Below, piece by piece: positions 25,848-25,972 of a stretch of 25,972 nucleotides of DNA. Numbering within the stretch: the first letter of the stretch is position 1; each line of letters opens with the position of its first letter. Source of the stretch: an uncultured bacterium (GTDB lineage Bacteria > CAIJMQ01); assembly GCA_964573245.1 (NCBI GenBank), contig CAZNJA010000016.1, positions 1 to 25,972 on the forward strand, given 5' to 3'. Both the position numbers and the translations under genes were made by a program. The notes under the pieces are model-generated. The model was not told where the DNA came from and did not search any database. It saw only the letters and a program-made list of their open reading frames with translations.

Positions 25848-25972
25848 CCCTCTGGAATCTTTAAAAGATTCCGAGGACTTAGTTTCCCTAGAAATCGTGA
25901 AACAATTTCAGGGACTCAATCCCTGAAATGCTCTGCATTTCTAGGGGCCGGAAATTCTTTGAATTTCTCGGG
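25848..25972. mobile_element. Nested composite of two family B hairpin doublets (runs to the window edge)
   Basis: Four hairpins. The inner doublet CCCTAGAAAT...GGGACTCAATCCC...ATTTCTAGGG (25886-25947) splits an outer doublet (25848-25885 plus 25948-25972). Confidence 0.75.

Noticed and set aside
21357-25972. Family B repeats as a CRISPR array
   Set aside because: Copies are dispersed and inverted, lack regular unique spacers, and there are no cas genes.

Overview
A 26-kb housekeeping region of an AT-rich diderm bacterium, with every supported gene on the minus strand. In transcription order it holds: flavodoxin/Isf-like protein, hslV-hslU, ugd, a MerR-family gene, tRNA-Pro(GGG), ktrB-ktrA, rpmH-yidD-yidC-AsmA-like gene, a perfect parS site, parA-parB, an incomplete Na+-type V/A-ATPase operon (H/G-I-K-E-C-F, with no A/B/D), accD-bamA-skp-lpxC/fabZ fusion-lpxA-lpxI, a Gfo/Idh/MocA oxidoreductase and a truncated tRNA-Ser(GGA). 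The most unusual signal is a dense, nested set of small repeats. Family A is a GC-rich imperfect palindrome found inside reading frames (a 39-nt in-frame insertion in ugd, plus the lpxA N-terminus and the ntpI and accD C-termini) and in the hslV leader. Family B consists of bulged-hairpin doublets (REPIN/MITE-like) that sit inside each other and inside family C, which is a set of inverted 7-nt tandem arrays in many intergenic spaces. No transposase is visible in the window. Other notable points: rnpA is missing from the rpmH-yidD-yidC cluster, dnaA is not next to rpmH, and the lpxC-fabZ fusion retains an internal AGGAGG plus ATG at the FabZ start. All calls come from manual motif reading; no database searches were run.
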